In this document: one piece after another, positions 25,200 to 34,424 of the stretch | Numbering within the stretch: the first letter of the stretch is position 1 | Layout of the letters: the number at the start of each line of letters is the position of its first letter | DNA from: Acidimicrobiia bacterium | Lineage (GTDB): Bacteria; Actinomycetota; Acidimicrobiia; Spongiisociales; ZC4RG35 | DNA: 45,798 nucleotides | Direction of reading: 5' to 3' | NCBI GenBank assembly: GCA_036446835.1 | Contig: JAZFTT010000103.1 | Span: 1 to 45,798, forward strand | Program-made: the position numbers and the translations under genes | Notes under the pieces: model-generated | The model's input: the letters and a program-made list of their open reading frames with translations, nothing else | Database searches by the model: none | Told to the model about the DNA's origin: nothing

Positions 25200-26123
25200 T
25201 CAGCCGCCAAGCACATTCTCTAATTCGGCAAGGTCGCCGCTGCTCGGAGCCCAATCGGCGGCAAGCGCATTGCTTGCAACCTGCTCGGCGGTGGTTGCAC
25301 CAGGTGTCACCGATGGGACCGCCTCCTGCGCGAGCAGCCAGCCCAGGGCCACCTGAACCATCGAGAGGTCTCTCGCCCGGGCGAACGCCTCCACACCCTC
25401 GACGAGATCAAAGTTCTCCTCGGTGAGGAATTTCTGATATCGATCCATTTGGAGACGCCCCTTCGGCGGCTCGCCCCGTCTGGTCTTGCCGGTGAGAAGC
25501 CCGTTGCCGAGGGGGTAGAAGGGAAGCAGACCCACTCCACGGTCGAGGCACACTTGGTCGAGACCACTCGTCTCGGGCTCGCGATGCAACATGCTGTACT
25601 GAACCTGGTTGCCGACGAACCTAGCCAACGCATTCTCAGCTGAAACGTCCAGAGCTTCGGTTAGCTGCGCCGGATCGAAATTCGAGCAGCCGATCTGACG
25701 CACCTTGCCTTCGTCGACAAGGGCGCCCATCGCCTCGAGGGTGTCTTCGATCGGTGTTTCCGGGTAGGGGAAGTGGATCATCAAAAGGTCGATGTAGTCG
25801 GTGTTCAGTTCTTGCAGGCTGCGCTCGGTGGCCTTGCGCACGTATTCGGGACTGGCGCCGCCGCTACCTTCCAGCGCTTTTACGGCCACCCCGAACTTGG
25901 TGCCGATCACAGCATCATTGCGACGGGATCCGAGGCCGGCCCCAAGAAACGACTCCGATTGGCCTTCCCCATAGTTGCTGGCGGTGTCGAAGTAGTTGAC
26001 TCCAGCGTCCAATGCAGCATTGACCACTACGGCGCTTCCCTGCGCATCGAGTGCCCGTCCGAAGTTGTTACACCCCAACCCGATCGCGGAGACGTTGAGG
26101 TTTCCCAGTTTTGCCATCCTCAT
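25200..26123 (-). CDS. Aldo/keto reductase
   Basis: Start set to the ATG at 26123 (GGAGGG RBS 8 nt upstream; MRMAKLGNLNVSAIGLGCNNFG). FDTASNYGEGQSE, LLMIHFP. Confidence 0.9.
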   Translation of the reverse strand: MRMAKLGNLNVSAIGLGCNNFGRALDAQGSAVVVNAALDAGVNYFDTASNYGEGQSESFLGAGLGSRRNDAVIGTKFGVAVKALEGSGGASPEYVRKATERSLQELNTDYIDLLMIHFPYPETPIEDTLEAMGALVDEGKVRQIGCSNFDPAQLTEALDVSAENALARFVGNQVQYSMLHREPETSGLDQVCLDRGVGLLPFYPLGNGLLTGKTRRGEPPKGRLQMDRYQKFLTEENFDLVEGVEAFARARDLSMVQVALGWLLAQEAVPSVTPGATTAEQVASNALAADWAPSSGDLAELENVLGG

Positions 26124-26305
26124 TCGTATTACCCTCCGAACGGCCGAAGAATCTGGGACTCTCGATGACACCGCCGAAGATGAGCCGGGCCGCAGCGATG
26201 GTCGAGTCGTTGGGCGTGCACGTCGATTGTCGTCAAAATCGTGGTCCTCTCACATTCGCCGTCTGGGCCGTTGGCAATGATATGACGAAGCGCATGGGGG
26301 TCATG

Positions 26306-26314
26306 CAATATGCA
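26306..26314 (+). promoter_or_regulatory. Box F: CAATATGCA, -10-like hexamer followed by GCA, upstream of the FAH operon
   Basis: Lies within TCATGCAATATGCATCG. The hexamer ends 29 nt before the ATG at 26341. Weaker match than boxes A-D. Confidence 0.3.
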
Positions 26315-26340
26315 TCGTGTAGGACCTACGATCCCCCGTC

Positions 26341-27204
26341 ATGAGGCTGGCGAATTTCGAATCGAACGGTCAGCGCCGCCTTGGTGTCGTCGAGCATGAC
26401 GACATCATCGACCTGTCACCGTCGGCCCTGCCTTCGGACACGATCGACCTTATCGGGCAATGGGATCACAACGAGGTTGACCACGCGGTCACCCAGGGAA
26501 ACCGTCTCAAACTCGACGACGTGCGCCTGCTCGCACCGCTAGTGCTCCGCAAAGACGTTATCGCCGTCGGGCGCAACTACAGAGACCACGCTCGTGAGTT
26601 CTCTGACTCGGGATTCGACGCCTCCGAGAAGCAAATGATTCCCGACCATCCGGTCATCTTCAGTAAGGCAACCTCGTCGGTCGTCGGTCCCAACGATCCA
26701 ATAGTCCTCGCCAACGACCCAACAAACACCACCGACTACGAAGGCGAGATGGCCGTGGTCATCGGTCGTCCCGCCCGCAATGTGTTGCGTGACCACGCAC
26801 TCGATCATGTATTCGGCTGGACCATCGTCAACGACGTTACGGCTCGCGACCTGCAGAAGAAGCATGTCCAATGGTTCGTTGGCAAGAGTCCCGACACCTT
26901 TTGTCCGATGGGCCCTTGGATCACAACGATCGACGAATTGCCGGACATAAAGGGCTCGTGGATGCGGACGACGGTGAACGGAGAGTTACGTCAGGAGGCG
27001 CCGATCGAAGCTCTCATATTCGACGTGGAAAGCTTGATAGTCACTTTGAGTGAGGTGATGACTCTCGAGCCAGGCGATGTGATCGCAACTGGGACCGCCA
27101 AGGGTGTTGGAATTGGGTTCGATCCGCCCAGGTACTTGGCAACCGGCGATGTTGTCGAAGTATCGATCGACGGCTTAGGGACACTGCGAAACCCCGTGGT
27201 CTGA
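26341..27204 (+). CDS. Fumarylacetoacetate hydrolase (FAH) family protein
   Basis: 287 aa; TDYEGEMAVVIG, IVNDVTARDLQ, GDVIATGTAKGVG. Confidence 0.9.
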   Translation: MRLANFESNGQRRLGVVEHDDIIDLSPSALPSDTIDLIGQWDHNEVDHAVTQGNRLKLDDVRLLAPLVLRKDVIAVGRNYRDHAREFSDSGFDASEKQMIPDHPVIFSKATSSVVGPNDPIVLANDPTNTTDYEGEMAVVIGRPARNVLRDHALDHVFGWTIVNDVTARDLQKKHVQWFVGKSPDTFCPMGPWITTIDELPDIKGSWMRTTVNGELRQEAPIEALIFDVESLIVTLSEVMTLEPGDVIATGTAKGVGIGFDPPRYLATGDVVEVSIDGLGTLRNPVV

Positions 27205-27216
27205 GAGTATGCACAC

Positions 27217-28122
27217 TTGATTCAACGGCAGGACGGACAAGTGGCCGTAATCGGACTCGGCCTGATGGGCTCGAGGATGTCTGTCAATCTTCTCTCGGCG
27301 GGCACTCAGCTTCGAGGCTACGACATCGACTCCGATCGAAGGGACGAATTCGCCAAGGCCGGCGGCACCGTGGCCGACTCCCCGGCCGACGCGGTTCAGG
27401 GCTGCTGGGCTGCTCTGCTGAGTCTTCCGACATCTGACATCTCACGCGAAGTCTGTTCTGGTATCGGCGGGATCGCCGAGGCCGGAGTCGACGACCTTCA
27501 CGTTTACGACACTACGACCGGTCCTCCCGCGGACGCATTGGAGTTCGCAGCCGCGCTATCCCAGTACGGCATTTCCTACTCCGACTCGACGGTGAGTGGC
27601 AACGCTGAAGTAGCCGGCCGGGGAGAGTTGGTCGTAATGATGGGCGGATCCGAGGAGTCTTACCAACTCGGATCGCCAATCTTCGAGGCGATTGGCCGAT
27701 CGCATCACCACGTCGGCCCGGTCGGGTCAGGAGCGCGGATGAAACTCATCGTTAACCACGTTCTCTCCATTCATCGTCTCGCCCTTGCCGAGGGATTGGT
27801 TGTCGCCGAACTTGGCGACATGGACCTCGACAAGACCCTTGCCATCCTCAAGGACGGCCTCGCCTACTCCAAGGCCATGGATCTCTGGGGGGATCGGATG
27901 ATCGCTGGTGACCACGACATTCCGTTCGCCCGACTCAAGCAAAGCCACAAGGACTCGCGACTGATCGTTCAGCACGGACTCGATCTGGGTGCACCGGTGG
28001 AGCTCGTGAGTGTCGTGCTGGCAGCCCTAGCCGAAGGCGAAGACGAAGGTCTTGCCGACTACGACAATTCGGCGGTGATGGAAGTAGTGAGACGTCGAGG
28101 CGGAATCGGGCGGGTGAAATGA
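27217..28122 (+). CDS. NAD(P)-dependent 3-hydroxyisobutyrate / tartronate-semialdehyde reductase-like dehydrogenase (paralog 1)
   Basis: 301 aa, TTG start (GTG at 27241 also possible). VAVIGLGLMGSRM Rossmann, GSGARMKLIVN. Confidence 0.85.
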   Translation: MIQRQDGQVAVIGLGLMGSRMSVNLLSAGTQLRGYDIDSDRRDEFAKAGGTVADSPADAVQGCWAALLSLPTSDISREVCSGIGGIAEAGVDDLHVYDTTTGPPADALEFAAALSQYGISYSDSTVSGNAEVAGRGELVVMMGGSEESYQLGSPIFEAIGRSHHHVGPVGSGARMKLIVNHVLSIHRLALAEGLVVAELGDMDLDKTLAILKDGLAYSKAMDLWGDRMIAGDHDIPFARLKQSHKDSRLIVQHGLDLGAPVELVSVVLAALAEGEDEGLADYDNSAVMEVVRRRGGIGRVK

Positions 28123-29177
28123 GTCAGCTAGGCCCACAGGATTGGGTCGACGCATGGGGGCGGCCTACTTCCGTTTCCAGGCCAACGTCGGTGACCGTGG
28201 ATGTGCACACCCACCTGATGGTTCCCGAGTCGGCAGACATGACCAGGCCGCATCTGAAGCCCGAGGACGAGCCGCGCACGTTGTTCTCATCCCCGGTCAC
28301 CAAAGAGCTCAACAACGATTTCTATCGCCTGGCTCTGGACAAATACACCGATCCTGATGCCCGCCTCATCGACATGGATGCCATGGGTATTGACGTTCAA
28401 CTGGTGGCACTCACCCCGTTTCACTACTTCTACTGGGCCGACCCTGATCTGGCGCCCAGAGTGGCGGCGATGCAGAACCAGCGGATAGCCGAAGTGGTGG
28501 CGCACATGCCCGGCCGATTTGTCGGAGTGGGAACGCTGCCAATGGCACACCCAGACGCCGCAGTCGCCGAGGCTCATCGGGTGGCCGATCTGGGATTCCC
28601 TGCTGTTGAGATTGGCGCCGATGTCAATGGTGTCGATCTCGACGATCCCCGATTCGAACTCATCTGGTCGGTGCTTGAGGAACTCGGCCTGGTAGTCATC
28701 CTTCATCCCGCCGGGTTCACCGAGGCGAGACGGTTCACTGACTATTACCTGGTCAATGTGATCGGCATGCCACTGTCCACCACATTGGCCGCTACTCGTT
28801 TGATTCTGAGTGGCGTGTTCGAACGCCACCCGGACCTCCGCATGGTGCTCATTCATGGGGGCGGGTATCTCGCCTACTATCCGGCGAGGGTCGACCACGC
28901 CTTCCGGCATCGCCCTGAACTTCGCCAGCACATCGACCGTCTGCCCTCCGAGTATCTGGCGAGCCTCTATTTCGACCTCACCGTTTTCGAATCTGGAATG
29001 GTCGAGATCCTTGCGGGTCGTTTCGGGGCAGATCATGTTCTGCTCGGCAGTGATTACCCCTTCGACATGGGTCTGCCTGACCCCCTGGCGCTCCTCGCCG
29101 AAACCAACTTGACCGGGAGCGACCGGGAGCTGATTTCCGGTGGAAACGCGAGTCGTCTCTTTGGTTTGGACGACTGA
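28119..29177 (+). CDS. Amidohydro_2 family protein, ACMSD / gamma-resorcylate decarboxylase / LigW / LigJ-like (paralog 1)
   Basis: 352 aa, ATGA overlap with the upstream gene. Metal-ligand contexts VDVHTHL, VILHPAG, VLIHGGGYLAYY, LLGSDYPFD. RFVGVGTLPM as in ACMSD. Confidence 0.9.
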   Translation: MSQLGPQDWVDAWGRPTSVSRPTSVTVDVHTHLMVPESADMTRPHLKPEDEPRTLFSSPVTKELNNDFYRLALDKYTDPDARLIDMDAMGIDVQLVALTPFHYFYWADPDLAPRVAAMQNQRIAEVVAHMPGRFVGVGTLPMAHPDAAVAEAHRVADLGFPAVEIGADVNGVDLDDPRFELIWSVLEELGLVVILHPAGFTEARRFTDYYLVNVIGMPLSTTLAATRLILSGVFERHPDLRMVLIHGGGYLAYYPARVDHAFRHRPELRQHIDRLPSEYLASLYFDLTVFESGMVEILAGRFGADHVLLGSDYPFDMGLPDPLALLAETNLTGSDRELISGGNASRLFGLDD

Positions 29178-29183
29178 GAGCAG

Positions 29184-29204
29184 AATCACATATTGTGCAT
29201 AATG
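29184..29204 (+). promoter_or_regulatory. Box E: AATCACATATTGTGCATAATG with -10-like TATTGT followed by GCA, between the tandem amidohydrolase genes
   Basis: 13/21 identical to box C, with the same ATC-N-YATAT-N-RTGCA layout. The hexamer (29191..29196) ends 7 nt before the in-frame GTG at 29204. Confidence 0.3.
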
Positions 29205-30205
29205 TGAATCGTGCAGTAATCGATATTCATTGCCACCGCGAGTGCGGCGCTGCGGCGGCGTTGGCCAAGCCGGAGGCAGACCGCCGGGGGCACAAGCCCT
29301 TGCAGTTTGGCAATCAGTTGACCAAGGACGTCAACAAGGTGCAGTTGGAGTATCTGCGCCCCAAAATGGAATCTGCTGAGATCCGTATCGCCGACATGGA
29401 CGAGATGGGTGTCGACATTCAGGCGCTCTCAGTCTCGCCCTATCACCTGTTCTATTGGGTGGGCGGCGAAACGGGTTTGGAGGCCTTTCGCGCGATCAAC
29501 GATGATCTCGCAGAGTTGGTCGAAACGTATCCCAGCCGTTTTGTCGGTCTCGGCGCTGTACCACTCCAGGACCCCGACGCGGCTATCACCGAGCTGAAGC
29601 GGTGCTCCTCGGACTTGGGCTTTCGGGGTGTGGAGATCGCCACCCAGATCCAAGGTGATGAGCTTTCGAATCCTCGGTTCGAGACTTTCTGGGAGAAGGT
29701 CGAAGAGTTGGAGATGGTCGTCTTTATCCATCCCACACCCTTCACCCATCCGGAGCGATTCACCGACCACTTCTTCATAAACATGATCGGACACCCCCTC
29801 GAAGAGACCCTCTGTGCCGGTCGCCTCATCTTCGATGGGGTCATGGAGCGTCACCCAGGGCTGAAGATCGTCTTCGCCCACGGTGGTGGATATCTTCCCG
29901 CCTATGCAGGTCGTTTCGATCACGCATATCACGCCAGGAAGGACGTCAGCCACGGCTTGCCAAAGCCTCCGAGCGAGTATCTGTCCCGTTTCTACTTCGA
30001 CACGATGGTCTTCGAGGCGGATCAACTCGGCTTTCTGATCAGCAAGTACGGGTCGGATCATGTGCTGCTGGGCACCGACTACCCCTACGATATGGGGGAA
30101 GACGACCCACTAGGACTGATCAACAAAGTGGATGGTTTGTCGGAGGATGACCGGGATCTGATCGCCGGTGGCAACGCCGCCCGTCTCCTCGGCATTGAAC
30201 GGTAG
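29195..30205 (+). CDS. Amidohydro_2 family protein, ACMSD/LigW/LigJ-like (paralog 2)
   Basis: 336 aa (or 333 aa from the GTG at 29204). IDIHCH, RFVGLGAVPLQ, VFIHPTP, IVFAHGGGYLPAY, LLGTDYPYDMGE, GGNAARLLGIE align block by block with ACMSD. Confidence 0.9.
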   Translation: MHNVNRAVIDIHCHRECGAAAALAKPEADRRGHKPLQFGNQLTKDVNKVQLEYLRPKMESAEIRIADMDEMGVDIQALSVSPYHLFYWVGGETGLEAFRAINDDLAELVETYPSRFVGLGAVPLQDPDAAITELKRCSSDLGFRGVEIATQIQGDELSNPRFETFWEKVEELEMVVFIHPTPFTHPERFTDHFFINMIGHPLEETLCAGRLIFDGVMERHPGLKIVFAHGGGYLPAYAGRFDHAYHARKDVSHGLPKPPSEYLSRFYFDTMVFEADQLGFLISKYGSDHVLLGTDYPYDMGEDDPLGLINKVDGLSEDDRDLIAGGNAARLLGIER

Positions 30206-30224
30206 GAGTGAAAGGAAGACAGCG

Positions 30225-31292
30225 ATGGAACCATTGAACGTCGGAGTGATTGGCACTGGTTGGTGCGGTGGCATCCGAGCTATAACTGCCGCCAACAGTG
30301 CCCTCGTCGGTCCACTTCATCTCGCCGAGATCAGAACTGATCGCCTCGAAGAGGTGGCGATCGAGACCGGGGCCACCAATTCGACGATGGATTGGGAGGA
30401 ACTGATCGCCGACCCCAACATCCAGGCTCTATTTATCTCGGCGACCCCGGAGACAATTCACTATCCGATGGCGAAGGTTGCGCTGGCGGCAGGAAAGCAT
30501 GTTCTTCTCGAGAAGCCGATGGCCATGACCCTGGCCGAGGCGGACGAGTTGATCGACTTGGCTGAAGCCAAGGACCTCAAGTTCACCATTGGCTACTCGC
30601 AGCGCTTCAACTCAAAACAGGCTCTGGTCAAGCGCAGCGTCAACGATGGGTCTCTTGGCGATCCGGTCAGCGTCCTGGTGAGTCGTCACATCACCCGATC
30701 GCTCGGCGCAAAAATCTCTTCGAGGACCAAGCTTTCCCCGGCGGCAATGGAGGCAACACACGACATCGACTTTTCTTTATGGTGCCTCGAGCCAAGGCGG
30801 CCGGTCCGGGTCTACTCCCAGGTCGCTTTCGGAGCGAGAGCAGCCGATGGAGTGCCCGACACCCAGACGATCATCATCACGATGGACGATGGAGTCACCG
30901 TCACCGTCGCCGCTGGATGGTCGCTTCCTCCCAGTTATCCCAATTTCTCAGCGACATGGATCGAATTCATCGGCACCGACGGTGCGCTCATGATGGATGC
31001 CAGTCACAAAGACATTGTTCTCCATACGATGAACGACGGAGTGCAGTTCCCATTGTCGACGATGCCCGGTGAATTCGTCGACCATGTCTACGCCGGCCCG
31101 ATGGAGCGAGAGACCATCCACTTCCTAGAAGCGGTCTACTACGACCGACCGGTGATGGTTGAGCCGCGGCTCGCCCGCACAACAATGGAGGTCTATCTCG
31201 CAGCAGACCTTTCGGTGGACACAGGCAACGTCATCGATCTTCCAATCGAGGTCGACCAAACCGAGCGAGTGCCCGCCCACGTCAAGGGCTGA
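30225..31292 (+). CDS. Gfo/Idh/MocA family oxidoreductase (paralog 2; LigC-like family)
   Basis: Start set to the ATG at 30225 (AAGGAAG RBS). VGVIGTGWCG, HVLLEKPMAMT. Confidence 0.9.
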   Translation: MEPLNVGVIGTGWCGGIRAITAANSALVGPLHLAEIRTDRLEEVAIETGATNSTMDWEELIADPNIQALFISATPETIHYPMAKVALAAGKHVLLEKPMAMTLAEADELIDLAEAKDLKFTIGYSQRFNSKQALVKRSVNDGSLGDPVSVLVSRHITRSLGAKISSRTKLSPAAMEATHDIDFSLWCLEPRRPVRVYSQVAFGARAADGVPDTQTIIITMDDGVTVTVAAGWSLPPSYPNFSATWIEFIGTDGALMMDASHKDIVLHTMNDGVQFPLSTMPGEFVDHVYAGPMERETIHFLEAVYYDRPVMVEPRLARTTMEVYLAADLSVDTGNVIDLPIEVDQTERVPAHVKG

Positions 31293-32481
31293 CTCGCACC
31301 GATCTTCTATAGCTGAGCACGAAGGCGAAGGTCGCTATCGCAGCGGCCGTCGCAACGAACAGCCATGCCGCCGGATAATTTCCAGCGGCAGCGAGAAGGC
31401 CGACCACGATGGGACCGAGAACCGTTCCGGTGAGGTTGGTGGAAAGAGCGAATCCCGACGCCCGAGCAGGGAATTCCGGGTAGCTGCGCACGATGGTGAA
31501 GAAGAAGACACCCGGCCAACCCCAAGCCCCGACTAGTGCCAGAGGCATGGCGATCAGGTAGCCCGAAGCCGAGTCGGTCGTCATCAAAAAGAGCGCTCCG
31601 ATCGTTCCCAGGCCGACCATCCAGGCCATTTCGATGTGTCCGAGAGTATGTCTGCGGTCAACGGTCCAGCCCGCGCCCACCCGCACTGCGACCACGAAGA
31701 GCGAAGATGCGGCGAGTACTATTCCCGCCGTCCCCTCGCTGATACCCGCATCCACCGCCGAGGGCACGATGAAATGAGAGACACCGTTTCCCGCTACGGC
31801 CCCACAGAAGCCCGCAACTGCGAGCAAGAACATCGACCGCGGGAGACGTCCCGTCCGCTTCTCCGTGCGGCCTTCGCTGTTTCTCGTGGCTGGCTCTGGT
31901 GCCGAGATCGCAAAGATGAGGGCGAACAGACCGGCAGCGACGAAAGCCCACCGCCACCCAACGGCGAGGCCGATCAACGGAAGTGAGATACCGGCAACCA
32001 GACTGGCCATGGGCACCGAGGCCTGTTTCGCCCCGAAGGCAAGACCCTGTCGGCGCTCGGCGACCCCATCGAAGATCGCCACGTTGGCCGACACCTGGGT
32101 CACTCCGTTCCCGGTGCCCGCCACCGCCATTGCCAGCAGAATAATCCACCATTCCGAAGCAAACGCAACGATCACACAGGAGGCAACGGCCAAGAAGCCG
32201 CCGATGCGCAAGCCTCGACCCGGGCCGATTCTGGAGATCACCCTTCCGGCAGGATTGGCAGTGAGGGCGGCCATGCCGAAGAAGCTGGCCGTTGCCAGCC
32301 CGAGTCGGCCCACGCCGAAGTCAATCTCTCTGCCCAGTTGAAGGATCTGAGCGCTGACCAGAAAGAGAGGAAGGGTGACGACCCCGGTATAGACAACAGC
32401 CGTCAGGAGGGCGCGTGATGTCAGATAGGCCCGGACAGGGTTACGCATATTTAGATGCTCTCTACCCAACTCATCGAGCAC
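31282..32481 (-). CDS. MFS transporter (1)
   Basis: 399 aa, about 12 hydrophobic helices. Start uncertain: GTG at 32481, or ATG 11 codons downstream (32448). Confidence 0.85.
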   Translation of the reverse strand: MLDELGREHLNMRNPVRAYLTSRALLTAVVYTGVVTLPLFLVSAQILQLGREIDFGVGRLGLATASFFGMAALTANPAGRVISRIGPGRGLRIGGFLAVASCVIVAFASEWWIILLAMAVAGTGNGVTQVSANVAIFDGVAERRQGLAFGAKQASVPMASLVAGISLPLIGLAVGWRWAFVAAGLFALIFAISAPEPATRNSEGRTEKRTGRLPRSMFLLAVAGFCGAVAGNGVSHFIVPSAVDAGISEGTAGIVLAASSLFVVAVRVGAGWTVDRRHTLGHIEMAWMVGLGTIGALFLMTTDSASGYLIAMPLALVGAWGWPGVFFFTIVRSYPEFPARASGFALSTNLTGTVLGPIVVGLLAAAGNYPAAWLFVATAAAIATFAFVLSYRRSVRVSP

Positions 32482-32490
32482 TTCTGTCTT

Positions 32491-32868
32491 TCAGTCGAGT
32501 AGCTCTACCGTGACGAACCTGAGAGTGGTCTCTCCCACGTTTTCCAGGTCGTGGATGAGCGCAGTTTCGGGGGCGTGATCGAGATATCTGGTCTCTCCGA
32601 CCTGATATTCGCGAACGACGTAGGTCCCATCGGACAACCGCTGGAGACCGCGGCCTCCTTCCACGACGGTCCAGAAATAGTTGGTGACGTGGGAATGAAA
32701 GGGGCCACGCTCACCGGGCTGCAGGAGCACCTCCCAGAGACGAATCCGCTCATTTTCGAACCGCAGGGTGGTGCCGACGTCGAGATTGGACGGGGCCGAG
32801 CTCAATTCAGCTCCGTAATCTCCCACATCGAAGCTGCCTTCTTCGACTATCGCGGGATCCGACTCCAT
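32491..32868 (-). CDS. Cupin domain protein (monocupin 2)
   Basis: 125 aa; GERGPFHSHVTNYFWTVVEGG and IHDLENVG cupin motifs. Confidence 0.7.
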   Translation of the reverse strand: MESDPAIVEEGSFDVGDYGAELSSAPSNLDVGTTLRFENERIRLWEVLLQPGERGPFHSHVTNYFWTVVEGGRGLQRLSDGTYVVREYQVGETRYLDHAPETALIHDLENVGETTLRFVTVELLD

Positions 32869-32871
32869 CTT

Positions 32872-33813
32872 TCAGTTGACCTGGTAGTCGGGACTCTCTC
32901 CGGTCAGTACCTTGATCACCTGAGTGGCAGCCTTTGTCTGCGACTCAGCCAACGCCTCCTCGGAGTAATAGGCCATATGGGGAGTGGCAATCAGGTTCGG
33001 GATCCCCTCGATACGGCTGGGGTCTAGGGGCTCGATGTCAAAGACGTCCAGGCCTGCGCCCGAGAGCCTTCCATCGACCAGCGCATCGGTCAGCGAGCCG
33101 AGATCGACCAGGGGCCCGCGCGAGGTGTTGACGAGGATGGCGCCAGACTTCATCCCAGCGATCCGTTCGGCGTTGATGAACCCACGAGTTTCATCAGTCA
33201 GAGGGAGATGAAGCGACACGATATCGGCCTCGGCCAGAACCTCTTCCAGCCCCAACAGCGGGGGAAGATCGGGACCGGGCTCGAGATAGGGATCGTGAGC
33301 AATGATGCGGGATCCCAAGGCCGCCAGCGGAGCAGCTATCTGGCGGGCGATCCGCCCGTATCCTATGAGTCCGACGGTCAGGGTTGAGAGCCTGCGAATA
33401 GGGCGAAGGTTGTCGACACCCCAGGTGCCCAATCGGACAGATTCGTCCGCACTCGCGACCTTGCGAAGCGTGGCCAGGATGAGAGCAAGGGCGTGGGTTG
33501 CTACTTCCTCGACCGAGTAGTCCGGAACATTGGTGACCACCATGCCGGCCTCTGAAGCCGCACCAAGGTCGACGTTGTCGAACCCGATCCCGTAACGGGC
33601 GATGATGCGGCACTTCTCCAGCCGTCCGATAGCGTCTGCGTCCCAGGGGAGATAAGTGTTGAGGATCGCGTCGGCGTCTCCGGCGACTTCGAGAACGTCA
33701 TCGACGCCGCCGCTGGCAACGGTCAGTTCGGCGTCGATCCCGGCGAGAAGTCCGCGTTCGATCTCCACCGATGGAAAGACCTGATCGCTGACTACCACCT
33801 TGTACTTGGTCAT
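32872..33813 (-). CDS. D-isomer-specific 2-hydroxyacid dehydrogenase (CtBP-like, paralog 2)
   Basis: Start set to the ATG at 33813 (GGAGGG RBS; MTKYKVVVSDQVF). VGLIGYGRIARQIA, NTSRGPLVD, TPHMAYYS. Confidence 0.9.
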   Translation of the reverse strand: MTKYKVVVSDQVFPSVEIERGLLAGIDAELTVASGGVDDVLEVAGDADAILNTYLPWDADAIGRLEKCRIIARYGIGFDNVDLGAASEAGMVVTNVPDYSVEEVATHALALILATLRKVASADESVRLGTWGVDNLRPIRRLSTLTVGLIGYGRIARQIAAPLAALGSRIIAHDPYLEPGPDLPPLLGLEEVLAEADIVSLHLPLTDETRGFINAERIAGMKSGAILVNTSRGPLVDLGSLTDALVDGRLSGAGLDVFDIEPLDPSRIEGIPNLIATPHMAYYSEEALAESQTKAATQVIKVLTGESPDYQVN

Positions 33814-33850
33814 TTTCCCTCCAGGAATATTCGTGCCGGCCGCTGGCTCT

Positions 33851-33872
33851 GATCCTATATCATGCACGATCC
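33851..33872 (+). promoter_or_regulatory. Box C: GATCCTATATCATGCACGATCC with -10-like TATCAT followed by GCA; putative promoter/operator of the CMD gene, in a divergent region
   Basis: 18/21 identical to the reverse complement of box A. The core ATCATGCACGAT is a 10/12 palindrome. The hexamer ends 30 nt before the ATG at 33894, with AGGAGGG RBS in between. Confidence 0.45.
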
Positions 33873-33893
33873 TCTTAAGAGCCAGGAGGGCCA

Positions 33894-34406
33894 ATGCCAC
33901 GTGTCCAGATGATCGACGAGATCGAGATGGCATCCTCGAGCCAAGTCGACACTTTCGAGCACATCGTTGAAAGCAGGGGAAAAATGCTCAGACCCTATGC
34001 TGCGATGCTCCACCGACCCGAGATCGCACGAGCCGCGGCCGCTTTGGGAGCCGTCATTCGCTACGAGGGAACCATGTCCAATCGCGATCGCGAGCTGGTG
34101 ATTGTCACCACCGCGGTAGAACGTGATTGTGAGTTCGAGATTTCAGCCCATTCGGCCCTGGCTCTGGCAGCGGGTCTATCCCAGGAGACGGTCGACGCGG
34201 TGCTTCAGCGAACTCCTGTTCACGACACATCGGACGCCGAGCTGGTCGACTTCGTTCGGGAGCTATGCCGATCGGACAAAGTAAGCGATGCCGTTTTCGA
34301 GCGGTCCCGGGCCAGGCTCGGCGAGGAGGGTGTTGTCGAATTGGCGGCGACGATCGGCTACTACTCGATGATGGCGGTCTTCATGAACGCTTGTGAGGTT
34401 TGTTGA
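33894..34406 (+). CDS. Carboxymuconolactone decarboxylase (CMD/AhpD-like) family protein
   Basis: 170 aa; all-helical composition, RELVIVTTAVERDCEFEISAHSALA block resembling the CMD core. Confidence 0.7.
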   Translation: MPRVQMIDEIEMASSSQVDTFEHIVESRGKMLRPYAAMLHRPEIARAAAALGAVIRYEGTMSNRDRELVIVTTAVERDCEFEISAHSALALAAGLSQETVDAVLQRTPVHDTSDAELVDFVRELCRSDKVSDAVFERSRARLGEEGVVELAATIGYYSMMAVFMNACEVC

Positions 34407-34424
34407 GCTCTGTCTGGTTCGGTC

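Noticed and set aside
26165-26344. Upstream ORFs whose TGA overlaps the next gene's ATG (26165..26344 before the FAH gene; 39523..39678 before the GlcG gene)
   Set aside because: No family resemblance, unlike the ACAD stub. An ATGA overlap needs only one specific base, and 50-60 open codons are common here. The FAH case also contains the putative -10 box F.
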